Assembly: GCA_965223425.1 (NCBI GenBank)
Contig: OZ245003.1
Coordinates: 1,472,001 to 1,536,000, forward strand
Length of the DNA stretch: 64,000 nt
Source of the DNA: Nitrosopumilus sp.
GTDB lineage: Archaea > Thermoproteota > Nitrososphaeria > Nitrososphaerales > Nitrosopumilaceae
Direction: 5' to 3'
The position numbers and the translations under genes were made by a program. The notes under the pieces were generated by a model. It was not told where the DNA came from. It saw nothing but the letters and a program-made list of their open reading frames with translations, and made no database searches. How positions within the stretch are numbered: the first letter of the stretch is position 1; each line of letters opens with the position of its first letter. This document shows, in pieces, positions 42,519-54,200 of this stretch.

Positions 42519-43442
42519 ATGTCAAATTTGCCCAGAAGTCAGATCAAAAAGGGTATTTCAGTATTAATTGAGACCAAGGAGAACCAAGGAACCGGAAAAC
42601 TCACAAGCGGTATAGTTGATGAGATTTTAACCTCTAGTGACTTCCATCCACACGGGATAAAGGTTCGATTGCAGGACGGGCAGGTCGGACGCGTCAAAAG
42701 CATTAGAGATGCTCAAAGAAATACACCTAAATCCATTCCAACTAAACCGGTTCACGCAAGAACTAAATCAAAAGAAGAGCTGTCAGAGATTGCTAAAAAA
42801 GCAGTGGCCTCTCGCAGGAGGAATCATCCTGAATGGGGACAAAAAGGAGTGGTCAAAAATATCAAAGTGATGAAAGGAACAACTGCTCCTCAATTCACAG
42901 ATCTGGACAAAAAAGAGATACCGAAGGTTGAAGACAAATACAATGAATTCAAAGAGTTTTACCAGTACGATGAAAAACTATCCAAATCATCATCCAAGGA
43001 AAATAAGCAGGTCTCCGATGGCATAAAGCGTTCCGTACAAGAGAGATTTGCCACGGCGGTGTGCTCCTTTGGAAACGATCCTAGGGGAGGATTCGTATAC
43101 TTGGGAATCAAATCAGATGGCACGATAGCAGGACTGGACAGAGATAAGAAATTAGGAGGGTTTCCAAACTATGACGATTCGTTTGCAAACAATATCAGAG
43201 ACAGGCTTGAGAATATGTTGGATGACAAAGTGTTCATCGCAAGCAAATTGCAGATAAAATTCAGAAGCATCAATAGCAATACCATCTGTCTTATCCAGAT
43301 ACTACCTTCAAACCAGCCACTCTATGTCCATTCCTCTAAACAAAAGACATTCTATGTGAGAGGTTCCACTCCAAGGGCGGAGAAACTAGACGGAAAGGAT
43401 CAATTCAGGTACATAAAGGAAAGATTTCCCAACTATGGATGA
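42519..43442 (+). CDS. YwbE (DUF2196)-Schlafen/AlbA_2 fusion protein
   Basis: N-terminal TGKLTSG..HPHGIKVRLQDGQVGRV; C-terminal EDKYNEFK, SFGN..GGFVYLGIKSDG and FYVR. Confidence 0.8.
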   Translation: MSNLPRSQIKKGISVLIETKENQGTGKLTSGIVDEILTSSDFHPHGIKVRLQDGQVGRVKSIRDAQRNTPKSIPTKPVHARTKSKEELSEIAKKAVASRRRNHPEWGQKGVVKNIKVMKGTTAPQFTDLDKKEIPKVEDKYNEFKEFYQYDEKLSKSSSKENKQVSDGIKRSVQERFATAVCSFGNDPRGGFVYLGIKSDGTIAGLDRDKKLGGFPNYDDSFANNIRDRLENMLDDKVFIASKLQIKFRSINSNTICLIQILPSNQPLYVHSSKQKTFYVRGSTPRAEKLDGKDQFRYIKERFPNYG

Positions 43443-43445
43443 GTC

Positions 43446-44408
43446 ATGGCAGAACTTTACCACAGCCCGTTATTTGATCACATTAAAAATTATCTAGGGC
43501 GAAGCAGTTCGGATGAAACCATATTTCTTTTTGTTCCATATGTGAAGACAAAGGTGTTAGAGAGATTATTGGAAGGAATACAAAACAAGATAGTACTAGT
43601 CACAACATGGGAACCAAAGGATATCCAGTTTGGATCTTCGGAGCTTGCCTTGTATCTGTTCTGTCAAGAGCGAGACATTGCGTTGTATGTCAGCGAAAAC
43701 CTACACCTTAAGGTATACTCGATAGGATTGAACAATGCAATACTTACTACCGGGAATATATCTCACAGAGGACTGTTACCTGATGGCAACTACGAGGCCG
43801 GAATCATACTTGAGAATCTAACAAACAAGGACAGGTTGTTTTTTGAAAAGATACGAAAGAAGGCAAGATTAGTAGATGATACCATGTATGAGGAGCTCAA
43901 AAAATGGAGTGAAAAAAACAAAGTGGATTTGCCAGAACAGATCACACTCAAAGACGTCATCTCTGCACCAAAAAAGGATGACTTTTCTGTGGCCTCATTG
44001 CCAATGACTCGCAGTGTAGATGATCTGGTTTTAGGATACAAAAAAATCACATCTAATCAAGCACCATCCGATGATCCTGAAACGGTTGCATGCATATTTC
44101 ATGACTTGGCAAACTATGGCATATCATCTGGGCTTTCAGAATCAGAGTTTTTGCAAGGGCTGTCTTTGAAATTCTTTGCACATCCATTCATTCAAAAAAT
44201 TGATGAGTTTATAGCACCAGAGGCATACTTTGGAAGAATAAAGGAATGGGTTCAAGACAATTGTACTGACGTTCCGGTGCCAAGCAGACGTGAGCTGACA
44301 GGAAATGTTCAGGTGTTGTTTGAATGGTTTGAAGTTTTAGGAAATGGCAAGTATGGGATAGATGTTCCAGGTGCCAAATCCCAGCGTATTCGTAAAATTT
44401 TTCCTTAA
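43446..44408 (+). CDS. PLD-like (HKD) nuclease
   Basis: LHLKVY...TGNISHRG...NYEAG. Confidence 0.75.
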   Translation: MAELYHSPLFDHIKNYLGRSSSDETIFLFVPYVKTKVLERLLEGIQNKIVLVTTWEPKDIQFGSSELALYLFCQERDIALYVSENLHLKVYSIGLNNAILTTGNISHRGLLPDGNYEAGIILENLTNKDRLFFEKIRKKARLVDDTMYEELKKWSEKNKVDLPEQITLKDVISAPKKDDFSVASLPMTRSVDDLVLGYKKITSNQAPSDDPETVACIFHDLANYGISSGLSESEFLQGLSLKFFAHPFIQKIDEFIAPEAYFGRIKEWVQDNCTDVPVPSRRELTGNVQVLFEWFEVLGNGKYGIDVPGAKSQRIRKIFP

Positions 44409-44697
44409 AATATAGATATTCAAGAATATGATCTCAGATATTCTCTTTCGTAGAATTTTACTTATGCATCGATGATATAATCTAAATTTATTGTAGTGAC
44501 ACACAAAAGTTCTTCCATGTATCGAATTTTGCAAAACCATGATTACAGATTTCTCCGACCTGAATATTTTATAAGTGGCACAAGCAAGATCATATAAACC
44601 TGAATGAATTTTTGCGTGTCACTATAGTTTAAAAAAATAACCATAGGATGGTGAATGCTTCAACACATTAAATTACCTTCAAATTTTGATATAATCT

Positions 44698-47434
44698 GTG
44701 AAATTAGAAGATCTGCTTGTACGATTGGACATGCCATTATTAACTAAATTTCTAAGTAAATCAGTAATCGAAGTGTTAAATGTTCTTGATTCTGAAACAA
44801 TACGATTAAATCAACTCACTAAGTTGATACTTGATTCTATACCGGCATATACAATTTTGAATGAATCTGTAACACGCAATATTATAATTTATACTATGCA
44901 TGACGATGAAGCTGAAGAGTTTGCATCTTTTATAGGTATAAAAAAATGGGATAATATACATTACAAACTAATCAACACAAAATTCACAGAAGGAATACTA
45001 AAAAAATCATTAGAATTTTTTGGTAAAGAATATGAAGAAGATGAAAGTATTAATCGTGAAGATTATCATGAAATTGAGCCTGAAAGATTTCTTTTTCCAC
45101 ATCAAATATCTACCGTTAAACAAACTCAAGATCTCTTAAAACAATCTCCACATAAAGCGCTTTTACACATGCCCACTGGATCTGGAAAAACAATATCGGC
45201 CATGAGAATTGTCACTGCTCATTTATTAGAAAATCCATCAGCTTTGGTGATCTGGCTTGCGCATAATGAAGAACTATGTGAACAGGCCATGAATGAATTT
45301 CAGATCACATGGAAAAATGCAGGGGATAGAAAAATTGATGCTTATCGTTTTTTTGGATCAAGTAAATTAGATCCTCTATCTATTGAGAATGGATTTATGT
45401 CTGCAGGATTATTGAAAATGCTAGGATCTGCAAAAAAAAATAATACATTTTTAGCCAAACTTGCTCGTAAAACAAGTTTTGTTGTTATTGATGAAGCACA
45501 TCAGGCAATAGCAGAAAAATTTTCAATTATCGTAGAAGAATTAGCAGAAAATAAAAACACAAAACTGTTGGGACTTAGTGCTATAGTTAGCACATTAAAT
45601 AATTGAACATTTTCACAGGCAGGATCTCCTTTCTGGCAAACAGCTTGCGTACTGACTGCTCCATCTCATCTAGCGTGCCAAACACCTTTGCAGACAGTAC
45701 CCGTTTTATCACCCTCCACTGCATCTCAATGGGATTAAGCTCCGGCGTGTACGGCAGCAGGTACTCCAGAACTATCTCGCCGTTGTATCTTTCCAGAAAC
45801 TCCCTTACCTTTTTGGATTTGTGATATGACGCATTGTCTACAAACAGCAGCACCCTGCCGAATCTTTTGTGAACCCGTTCCAAAAAGTTGCAAAAGCTGT
45901 CGCTGTTTGACTTTTCATAAAACATAAAGTAAAATGCGTTTGCCGCCAAAGCTCCAAAGATGTATCTTCTTTCGCGTGACAAAACAGAGGGGGATGTGGC
46001 GCGCTTGCCGCGCCTTCTCCACCCGTAGCCGGGCCTGTTTGATGCCTTTTGAATCGAGGATGCATCGCCGGCCAGTACGGTGTATCCCTGCGCCGACTTT
46101 TCTGCAACGAGTTTTTTTGCCCGCTCCTGAAACTCTTTTTGCTTTCTTTTTGAGGCTGATCTTGGGTTTTTTGGACGCGCCTTGCTCCACGAAAAGCCCA
46201 TCTCCCTGACCAGCTGCAGCGCGCCTGTCTTGCTGTACTGCACGCCGAACTTTTTCTTGATGTGCAGCCTTACCAGGTTGGAATCCCACAGGCTGCTCTC
46301 AAAGCCGCATGATTCTGGCCCCGCATCCAGGTCTGCTGCAAGCTGTCTTGCCTGCGGCCCGCCTATCAGGTGCTTTCGTCCCCTGCCGCTGCGCTCGAAC
46401 CTTGCGCGTATTCCCTCGTCCTGTGCGCGGTTGAGCCATGCAGATATGGTGGACTTGGGCCTTCCCAGCATCCTTCCGATCCTGTCTAGCGGCACGCCGT
46501 CCTTGCGCTGCATGTACGCAAGCAGCCTGTCGCGCCTTCTGGGATCGGTCTCTTTTTTGTATGCCCTTTTGAGGTCTGCAACGCTGGTGTTTGGCAGAAA
46601 TTTTGCCCCCCTTGCAACCTGTCTCTTTTTTTGTTTGTACATGCAGTGTGTGCGGTATGGCCGGTCTTGGATCTTTTGGCCAAAAATAATTGTCAAAATG
46701 GTTCAGGTTTTTTATGTGCATACTATACTCCAGGACGCACGTCGGATTATATGGACTCAGCTAATAGACAACTTGCACAATTCTTTGCAAATCGTAAAAT
46801 AATGTTGGATACTGGAAAGAAGAATCCTGTTCTATTTCTTATTGAAAAAAAATATCTAGCAAATCCAATTTTTACTCCAATACGATATTTAAGCAATAAT
46901 TTATCAGATAAAGATATTCTCAAAATAGAAAAAGATCTAGATATACCATATTCAATATTGGAAAAATTATCTCATGATACAAAACGAAATTTATCAATTA
47001 TACAAGAAATAATGCGTCTTTCTAAAAAACACAAAAAAATAATTGTATTTGCATCTAGTGTTAAACATGCACGAAATATTTCATTAATATTATCTGCAAA
47101 AAAATATAATTCATATTATGTTGTTGGTAAGACACCTTCTAAAATACGAGCAAAAATACTAGATGATTACAAAAATATTGATAAAAGTATGATCTTGTGT
47201 AACTATGGCATATTGACGATGGGTTTTGATGCACCAAAAACATCTGCTGTAGTTATTGCTAGACCAACAAAATCTTATGTGCTTTATGCCCAGATGGTTG
47301 GGAGAGGAATACGAGGACCTGCAGCAGGAGGAAATGAGACATGTGAAATAGCAACAGTTATGGATGAAAGTATCAATGAATTTATTAATGTAACAAATAT
47401 CTTCACTCGATGGGAGAGAGCATGGAATGAATGA
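44698..47434 (+). pseudogene. SF2 (ResIII-like DEAH) helicase interrupted by IS630
   Basis: PHQ, MPTGSGKT, DEAH, LSA|TPGR, GFDAP, QMVGRG; removing the IS and one TA restores a 530-aa frame. Confidence 0.9.
45584..46725 (-). mobile_element. intact IS630 element (transposase ORF 45587-46696)
   Basis: Ends TAGTTAGCAC/GTGCATACTA; TA duplication at 45582-45583 and 46726-46727. Confidence 0.95.
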
Positions 47435-49226
47435 TAATAATGAGGACTACAATCTATTTTCAGGTGATAAATTTGTTGAATCATTACGTAGTGGTGGCTA
47501 CAAAAATACTTCATATGCAATAGCCGAATTAATTGATAATGGAATTGATGCAGAAGCAAAACATATTGAGATTTTATGTCAAGATGTAATCAATCATGTT
47601 ACAAATCGATATACATTAGATCAAATAGGAATTTTTGATGATGGTCATGGAATGAATCAAGAAGAACTTCGTCGTTCTCTTCTTTTTGGTAGTGGGAATC
47701 GAGGTATGAATTCTAAAGAAATAGGCAAATATGGCATGGGTCTACCAAATTCATCACTATCGCAATGCAAAAAAGTAGAAGTATATTCTTGGCAAAATTC
47801 TTCAGAGCCACTTTATAGTTACATTGATCTAGATAAAGTTAAGAAAGGAGATCGTCAAATCCCAAAACCAGAAATAAAAAAAATACCAAACATATGGAAA
47901 AAATCTTCAGAACATTTTTCAAAAAAATCTGGTACTCTTGTGGTATGGAGTCAATTAGATCGATGTTCGTGGACTACATCAAAAAAAATAATGGAGCATT
48001 CTGAATATTTAATTGGAAGATTATATCGAAAATTTATCACAAAAGATCTTGTAATCAATATGAAATCATTTGGAGTGAATAAAGAGGACATAGTCAACGA
48101 AAAATCAAGATCTATGCTCCCAAATGATCCATTATATCTTACAACACCTTCATCTACTCCCGGAGAATGGAGCAGAAAACCTATGTTCAAACCCGATGAA
48201 ACATTTGAAGAAGAACACCCAATAAATTATGATGGGGCGCAACATGTTGTAAAGGTACGATACTCACTCGTTAAAGATGAAGTACGTGATCCAAAAAATA
48301 ATACTGGTGATCCTGGCAGTACACCTCATGGTAAACATGCTCAGAAAAATGTTGGCGTATCTATCATACGGGCAGATAGAGAAATCGAGATGAATACTGA
48401 TTTAGTGATATCTTATGATCCAACAGAACGATGGTGGGGAGTTGAAATCAATTTACCTACTTCATTAGATTTGGCAGTAGGTTTAACAAACAACAAACAA
48501 CACACTATAATTCTTTCTGACATATTGTATTTGCTAAAGCGATTTATTGATGATGATGAAGGCCGTTCGCAAGTAGATGATGAGTTATTCGAACAGAATC
48601 CTACTCGCAGTGAATTACTTATAATGTGTCAAAAAATCGAAAGTCACATACGTTCAATGCGACGTAGGCTAAAGGCATCTAGGAGCGGTACACGTGGAGG
48701 AAGTTCTAAACCAAAGCTAGAGGATAAGATCAAAGGTGGATTTGATAGTGGACAGAATGTTGGCGAACATGGTCAAACCGAAGAAGACAGAAAGAAATTA
48801 AATGAAGCACAACGTGAATCGATGCTTGCAGACGGTTTAGTAAATGATGGAATCGAAGAAGAACAAGCTAGAAAAATTGCTGCTAGGTGGATTGCTGAAG
48901 ATAAGAAAGTAACATTCGATATAGCCGAACTTGATGGAAGTCAATTTTTCAGTGTTGAAAATATGGGAGGAATTTTGAGAATCAAAATAAATTCCAATCA
49001 TCGCGCATACAAAAATTTACTTTCAGTAACAGAATCTAATGAGCATGAAAATCTTGATTGTAAAAAACGTTTAGAATTAGCTAGAGATGGATTATGGTTA
49101 CTGCTTACATCTTGGGCACGATTTGAAGATTTAACAACAAACAAGGATCTGCGTGAAAAAATACAAGACATTAGAATTGATTGGGGAAAACAAATAAATC
49201 GATTTCTAGAACAAAACGAAGTTTAA
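47427..49226 (+). CDS. GHKL/MORC-like ATPase (HATPase_c_3)
   Basis: ELIDNGIDA, DDGHGM, GKYGMG and SGT motifs. Confidence 0.88.
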   Translation: MNDNNEDYNLFSGDKFVESLRSGGYKNTSYAIAELIDNGIDAEAKHIEILCQDVINHVTNRYTLDQIGIFDDGHGMNQEELRRSLLFGSGNRGMNSKEIGKYGMGLPNSSLSQCKKVEVYSWQNSSEPLYSYIDLDKVKKGDRQIPKPEIKKIPNIWKKSSEHFSKKSGTLVVWSQLDRCSWTTSKKIMEHSEYLIGRLYRKFITKDLVINMKSFGVNKEDIVNEKSRSMLPNDPLYLTTPSSTPGEWSRKPMFKPDETFEEEHPINYDGAQHVVKVRYSLVKDEVRDPKNNTGDPGSTPHGKHAQKNVGVSIIRADREIEMNTDLVISYDPTERWWGVEINLPTSLDLAVGLTNNKQHTIILSDILYLLKRFIDDDEGRSQVDDELFEQNPTRSELLIMCQKIESHIRSMRRRLKASRSGTRGGSSKPKLEDKIKGGFDSGQNVGEHGQTEEDRKKLNEAQRESMLADGLVNDGIEEEQARKIAARWIAEDKKVTFDIAELDGSQFFSVENMGGILRIKINSNHRAYKNLLSVTESNEHENLDCKKRLELARDGLWLLLTSWARFEDLTTNKDLREKIQDIRIDWGKQINRFLEQNEV

Positions 49227-49244
49227 TGTACAATTATTCATTTT

Positions 49245-50084
49245 CTATAAATGACAAACAGTACAAGGCGTTGATTCATCCTCATCATCCAATGCATCTG
49301 CAAGTACATCAACTAATGGCAGATTTTTTCTCTTCGCTTTAGCTTTTTTGAGTTTATCCTCATGATTTTTCATTATCTCATCTCGTCTCTCTAGCAGTTC
49401 AGTCAATGTTTCGCCCTGTGACCATGTATACTGCCTTCCTTTCATGCCACTTGATTTAAAATCTGCATCACCTGCAACTCCGGCATCTTTGAGTATCTTT
49501 TGTTCAATTGCAACTGCACGCTTGAACAAGTCTGGGTGATTGTCTGCAAGACCAACCCATTCTGCTTTACGTTGAAAGAAACAAAAGTAACATCCGGAAC
49601 GTGTCCTCCACTTGTAATATTCTGGAAGATTAATTCCTGTATCTTCCAGAATCTTTACAACTCCAGTATGATCAATGTCATCGTCAATGAATGGGAATAC
49701 GGTCTTTATGTTGGGTTTTGTAGAGACATAACCTGTTCTACTCTTCTCATCTGCACGAATAGCCACATAGGATATTACCTCATCATCTCCAATCCAGTCC
49801 TCAAGTGGTTTTATCTTTAACATGCTAGTGCACCATCTCATCTGTGGTGATGGTAGTGTACCTCGAAACACCTCAAAGTAATGATCAAAGCTTCTAGTAG
49901 AGTTTAGCTTGATTATCGGTTTGCCAAGAACGACTTCAAGTTTTGCAAGATACGCATAGGTCTCTGGAAGCTCGGCCCCAGTATCACAAAAGAAATACTC
50001 CATGTCTGGAATCCTATCTCGCATGTAGACGGCAAGTGCGCTAGAATCTTTGCCGCCAGATATACCGCAAACATTGCGTGCCAT
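49245..50084 (-). CDS. sspD: PAPS-reductase-family protein, SspD-like
   Basis: SGGKDS, DTG, RWCT..LK and RSGCYFC motifs; lies in the DUF4007 cluster. Confidence 0.8.
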   Translation of the reverse strand: MARNVCGISGGKDSSALAVYMRDRIPDMEYFFCDTGAELPETYAYLAKLEVVLGKPIIKLNSTRSFDHYFEVFRGTLPSPQMRWCTSMLKIKPLEDWIGDDEVISYVAIRADEKSRTGYVSTKPNIKTVFPFIDDDIDHTGVVKILEDTGINLPEYYKWRTRSGCYFCFFQRKAEWVGLADNHPDLFKRAVAIEQKILKDAGVAGDADFKSSGMKGRQYTWSQGETLTELLERRDEIMKNHEDKLKKAKAKRKNLPLVDVLADALDDEDESTPCTVCHL

Positions 50085-50353
50085 GATTATAACATCAGAT
50101 CTAAGCATATAACTATTCATATTAGAAAGCACCAGAACTTAAAATACTTGAATGATCTTAAAACCAAATAAACTATCAAATATAATTCCACATCACATAT
50201 TTGAAGAACATAAAAAAGTGGCACCATGTATTTCTTTGATCATAAAGGATGATAGTCAGATAGCTGACATTATGGTAAGAAAAAAAGAAGGTAGTCAGAA
50301 ACATTATTCTCTGGCTATAGAAACAAATGACTAGCAAAGTAAAACCGAATCTG

Positions 50354-50521
50354 TTACTTTATCTTTACAGCCAGTTTGTCAAATTCTTTCTTTGAGACAG
50401 TAAGACAAAACAATACCTTGTCAGGCTTTTTTGCATTTTTTATCATTGGATAGAATTTGATTACATACATGCCGTCTTTTTTTGTGACTTCATATGGCCT
50501 CTCGCCGATCTTTTCTCGCAT
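50354..50521 (-). CDS. small basic hypothetical protein (55 aa, absent from ORF track)
   Basis: MREKIGERPYEVTKKDG...KIK. Confidence 0.45.
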   Translation of the reverse strand: MREKIGERPYEVTKKDGMYVIKFYPMIKNAKKPDKVLFCLTVSKKEFDKLAVKIK

Positions 50522-50691
50522 TTGATAGTTTAAGCAAAATATGATCTTATAGGTTTATCTGCCATTATACAAGATCTTAAAATTTACGCACGAATCTTAT
50601 TATATTTGTATGACGTATTATGATTAGCCGTAATTGAATCCTCTGAACTAACAGTGTTGGTGTCAGGGGCCGTGCAGTTACGGCCATTCTA

Positions 50692-51270
50692 TCATTTGAA
50701 ATCATGTCTTAGCTTTGTTTCAATTGCATCTGTTACATCCATTGAAATTACTCCATCAGGTTCACGCCCTCGATTGTTCCCCCACGCAACAAGATCAGAT
50801 AATATGTATGCATAATCCTTATCACCATGATGCAGACCATTATTTTGTACAAAACCTCTGCAATCGGTATCACACTCAAAAACAATATCCGATAAAGTAT
50901 AATTATGCTTAATAGTAAATTCTAAGATTTTTTCACGTACGTGTTGTAATAACAGATAGTTATACACAGAAAGAATCTTTATGTGAGGAATATGTGGCTG
51001 TCTTTTATGTGCTAATTTTTTGGTATCTTTAATTATTCTGTCTCGGTCAATTCTTACACAAAACGCTATATTCTCTTTACCATTGAATTGAAGTTGAGAA
51101 GTAAGATCACTTCGAACTTTTGTTAGTTTTATTTGATTGACTGTAAATTGTTTTATGTCCAATTGCTTAATCATAGAATTAATACTATCCTTTGTACCAA
51201 TCACAATTCCCATATATTTATAATTTCCAACATCCGGATGTCCTGATACATCGATTCCTGCAACAAGCAT
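50692..51270 (-). CDS. DUF3800-like RNase H-fold protein
   Basis: N-terminal IDVSG, central ECD, C-terminal LSDLVAW. Confidence 0.55.
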   Translation of the reverse strand: MLVAGIDVSGHPDVGNYKYMGIVIGTKDSINSMIKQLDIKQFTVNQIKLTKVRSDLTSQLQFNGKENIAFCVRIDRDRIIKDTKKLAHKRQPHIPHIKILSVYNYLLLQHVREKILEFTIKHNYTLSDIVFECDTDCRGFVQNNGLHHGDKDYAYILSDLVAWGNNRGREPDGVISMDVTDAIETKLRHDFK

Positions 51271-51275
51271 GTTTT

Positions 51276-54200
51276 TTACTTTGTAGTTTTAGAACTCAAT
51301 ATTGCAATCAATGCACTCATATCTTTATCTTTGAATCCTTTCTTTTTGATCATTTTAATTATATCTTGAACAATTATTTGCATCTCTTCTTTTTGTTTAG
51401 GTCTTAATGATACGACGTTGTGATGCTCACGGCCATCCGCATGTGTCACTGTCACCTGATATGATGGTTTTACAAAATTATCAGATATATCAGAAAAGTG
51501 TATGGATGCAAGTCTCTTGAATTTTCTAGACATTTCAATTAGATTGTTCTTAAACATTTTACGGTCATCATCCTTCCAAGACATCATTGGTACATCAGTT
51601 AGACTTAGGGCAACATAGTTTATCCAGTCCTCGTCTTTTTCTAACACATCTGATGACAGTGCTGTAAGAAATACTTTCATTTTTTGATCAGATACGCTTT
51701 GTAGCATAACTGATGCAGTCTTTGATAACTTGTTCCTCTCATCAATTCCGGTGCTAACCAAAAGTAGTTCTTTGATATCCTCAATGGTACGAAGGAATTT
51801 GTTTTGGAGTCTTGTTTTTGATTTGACAAGGGTTTTTGAGAATTTTTCAATATCAGATACAGATGCATGAGCCAGATCAAACTTTAATGCCTTTGGAAGT
51901 GATTCAAACAACAAGGTATCCGGTTCTATTGCATTTTGGACAGCATCCCTGACTGCAAGTGAATCTTTGTCTAAATCCTTTGTTTGTTTCACATATGGTG
52001 AAAGTGCAGAAACAATTCTGACAAGATGTGATACGACATCCAAGACACTGCCTTTGGAATTTATTTCAAAGTCAGATATTACTGTCTTTAGCAGTCTCTT
52101 TTTGGATGGTGTACTCTTGAAATATTTTACCTCAAAATGATCCGGATTCTTTATCATTCTCTCTGCAATCTCCGTCATCATATATGGAACGTATGTGCCG
52201 TGTTCGTATAACGCAATGTTGTGTTTGTGTATCAAGAGAATCGCAACCATGAATATTGCTAAAACCCCATCTTTGACTCCAAATGGGGGAAGTCTACATA
52301 CACGATATATTGCAGATATCGGGACTCGTTTGTTGGATTTTGTAATTTCATCTATCATTGCACTCCATGCTGGCTTGATTTCAGGATTTTTTGGTTCCTG
52401 CAATTCCCAATCATTACCGATGGTACCTACATGAATTCCATACTGAATGAATATTGCATCATAGACTGCTCTGTCAGGTCCGTAACCTTCTAGACCAAAA
52501 TTGGGTTTGTCTGTATGGTTTATCATATACTCTAATAATTTTCTTTTTGCAGCAGATCCTTGTGATGATAAGACTGTTCTGTTTATCATCTCGTTGTGTA
52601 TCGGAGGCGTCTTATCGTATACATCATCACAGATTTTAGAGACAATTGCACTAGGAGTACCTGATTGTTTTGCGGGCCTGTCTTTAAGATAAGACCATTC
52701 TGCCTTACTGCCATATGTAGTGCCAAACTCTCTATCTAGAATTATCTCCGCATCTGCTAATCGCTCTTCTAGCTCTCTGCGTGCTACCCAGTCAGATATA
52801 ACATCCTCACTGTTATTCAAAATGTCACGAATTGCCATTACCTCGATTGCAGCATGTTTTAGATCCGACGTATCCCCAGCAGTTACTGTAACGACTGGCT
52901 TGTCGCACTTGAACTGTACAGAATTTCCAGTATTGTGTATTATTATTCCATCATAGCTATCATCCAGATTTATCTGCGGTGTGATTGTAAAGCTTCTCTC
53001 AAATAGCCTCATGGTGCCAGTCTTTATACTGTGTTTTGCTGCCACAACTGGTTCTAAACTTATTACCTCTTGTAGCATGTCTGCTAGATGCGATTTTGCA
53101 TATCTCTTGCGATACATGATAAGCTTTGCTGCAATGTCAATGTCCGTGCCATGCCATATCCTGTATTCATCTGCATATTTTCTGTATGTGATGATTGATT
53201 TTTTCTCCAATTTATGGAGTATCTGTGCTGCAGAATATCCGATTGCGTAGTTTAGGATCTTGCGTGATGCTCTAAGATAGCCTGATCTTCCAATCAGATT
53301 TAGTATTCCAATTGTCTTAAGCGTCTTTATCTCCAAGCTGCTCAATCCGTGGGAATCTCGAATTATGGTTTCAATCTCCATCAGTCTAGTTATGTTCTGA
53401 GAGCTAGAATGAATCATACTAGTACCAGAGATAAAATGATCATACAATACATCGATTCCCATTGTGGGCGGAGATTGCGTATTCCACGAATTATTATCAA
53501 TAAATGTAGCAACCGTATGTTTGCTTGCATCTGAGATAAATGACAAGAGCGTCCTCTCATGCTGTCCGTACCTAGAGCAGAGCTCCGGCAGGACTTCAAG
53601 TGCAAGCGACCCTAATGGATAGCATGATGCAATTAGATTAGAATCAGAACTGCTATCGATGCCAAGATCCTGCATCTGCCGTGCTTCTTTTTTTGCCCAT
53701 TTTTTGACATCTCTACCGTATTCCTCCAAGTTTAGATGCATGGTATTTGATATCAGTAGTCTAGCCTGATCCGGCGAGTTTGCAAATGGAATATCCTCAA
53801 AGCGTCCCTGGATCTTTGCCCATTCCTTCTTTTGTGTAATTGATGCCCCCACCGCATATTCTTCAAAGGCCATGTGCTGTAGTGTGATGATGAATAACGG
53901 AATCTTTCTGCCCGGACCCGACATCTCTGCAAGCGCTTGCAGTAAAAATAGATCACTTTGTTGTGTCTCATCTGTTGTAAAATATTCAATGTTTTTGCCA
54001 AATTCATCAATCATGATTACCATCGGGGCAGATTTACACATATCCACTATGATCTCTGTTATTATTTTTGTAGATGGGGTCTTGTTATTTTGTAAATCCT
54101 TTATCTTTTGATGCAAAATGTTTGCCTGAGAAAAGTCCTTCTTTGAATATCTTCCAAAATATTTCCTTGCACCTTCATCGAGCGCACGAAGTATGGTTGC

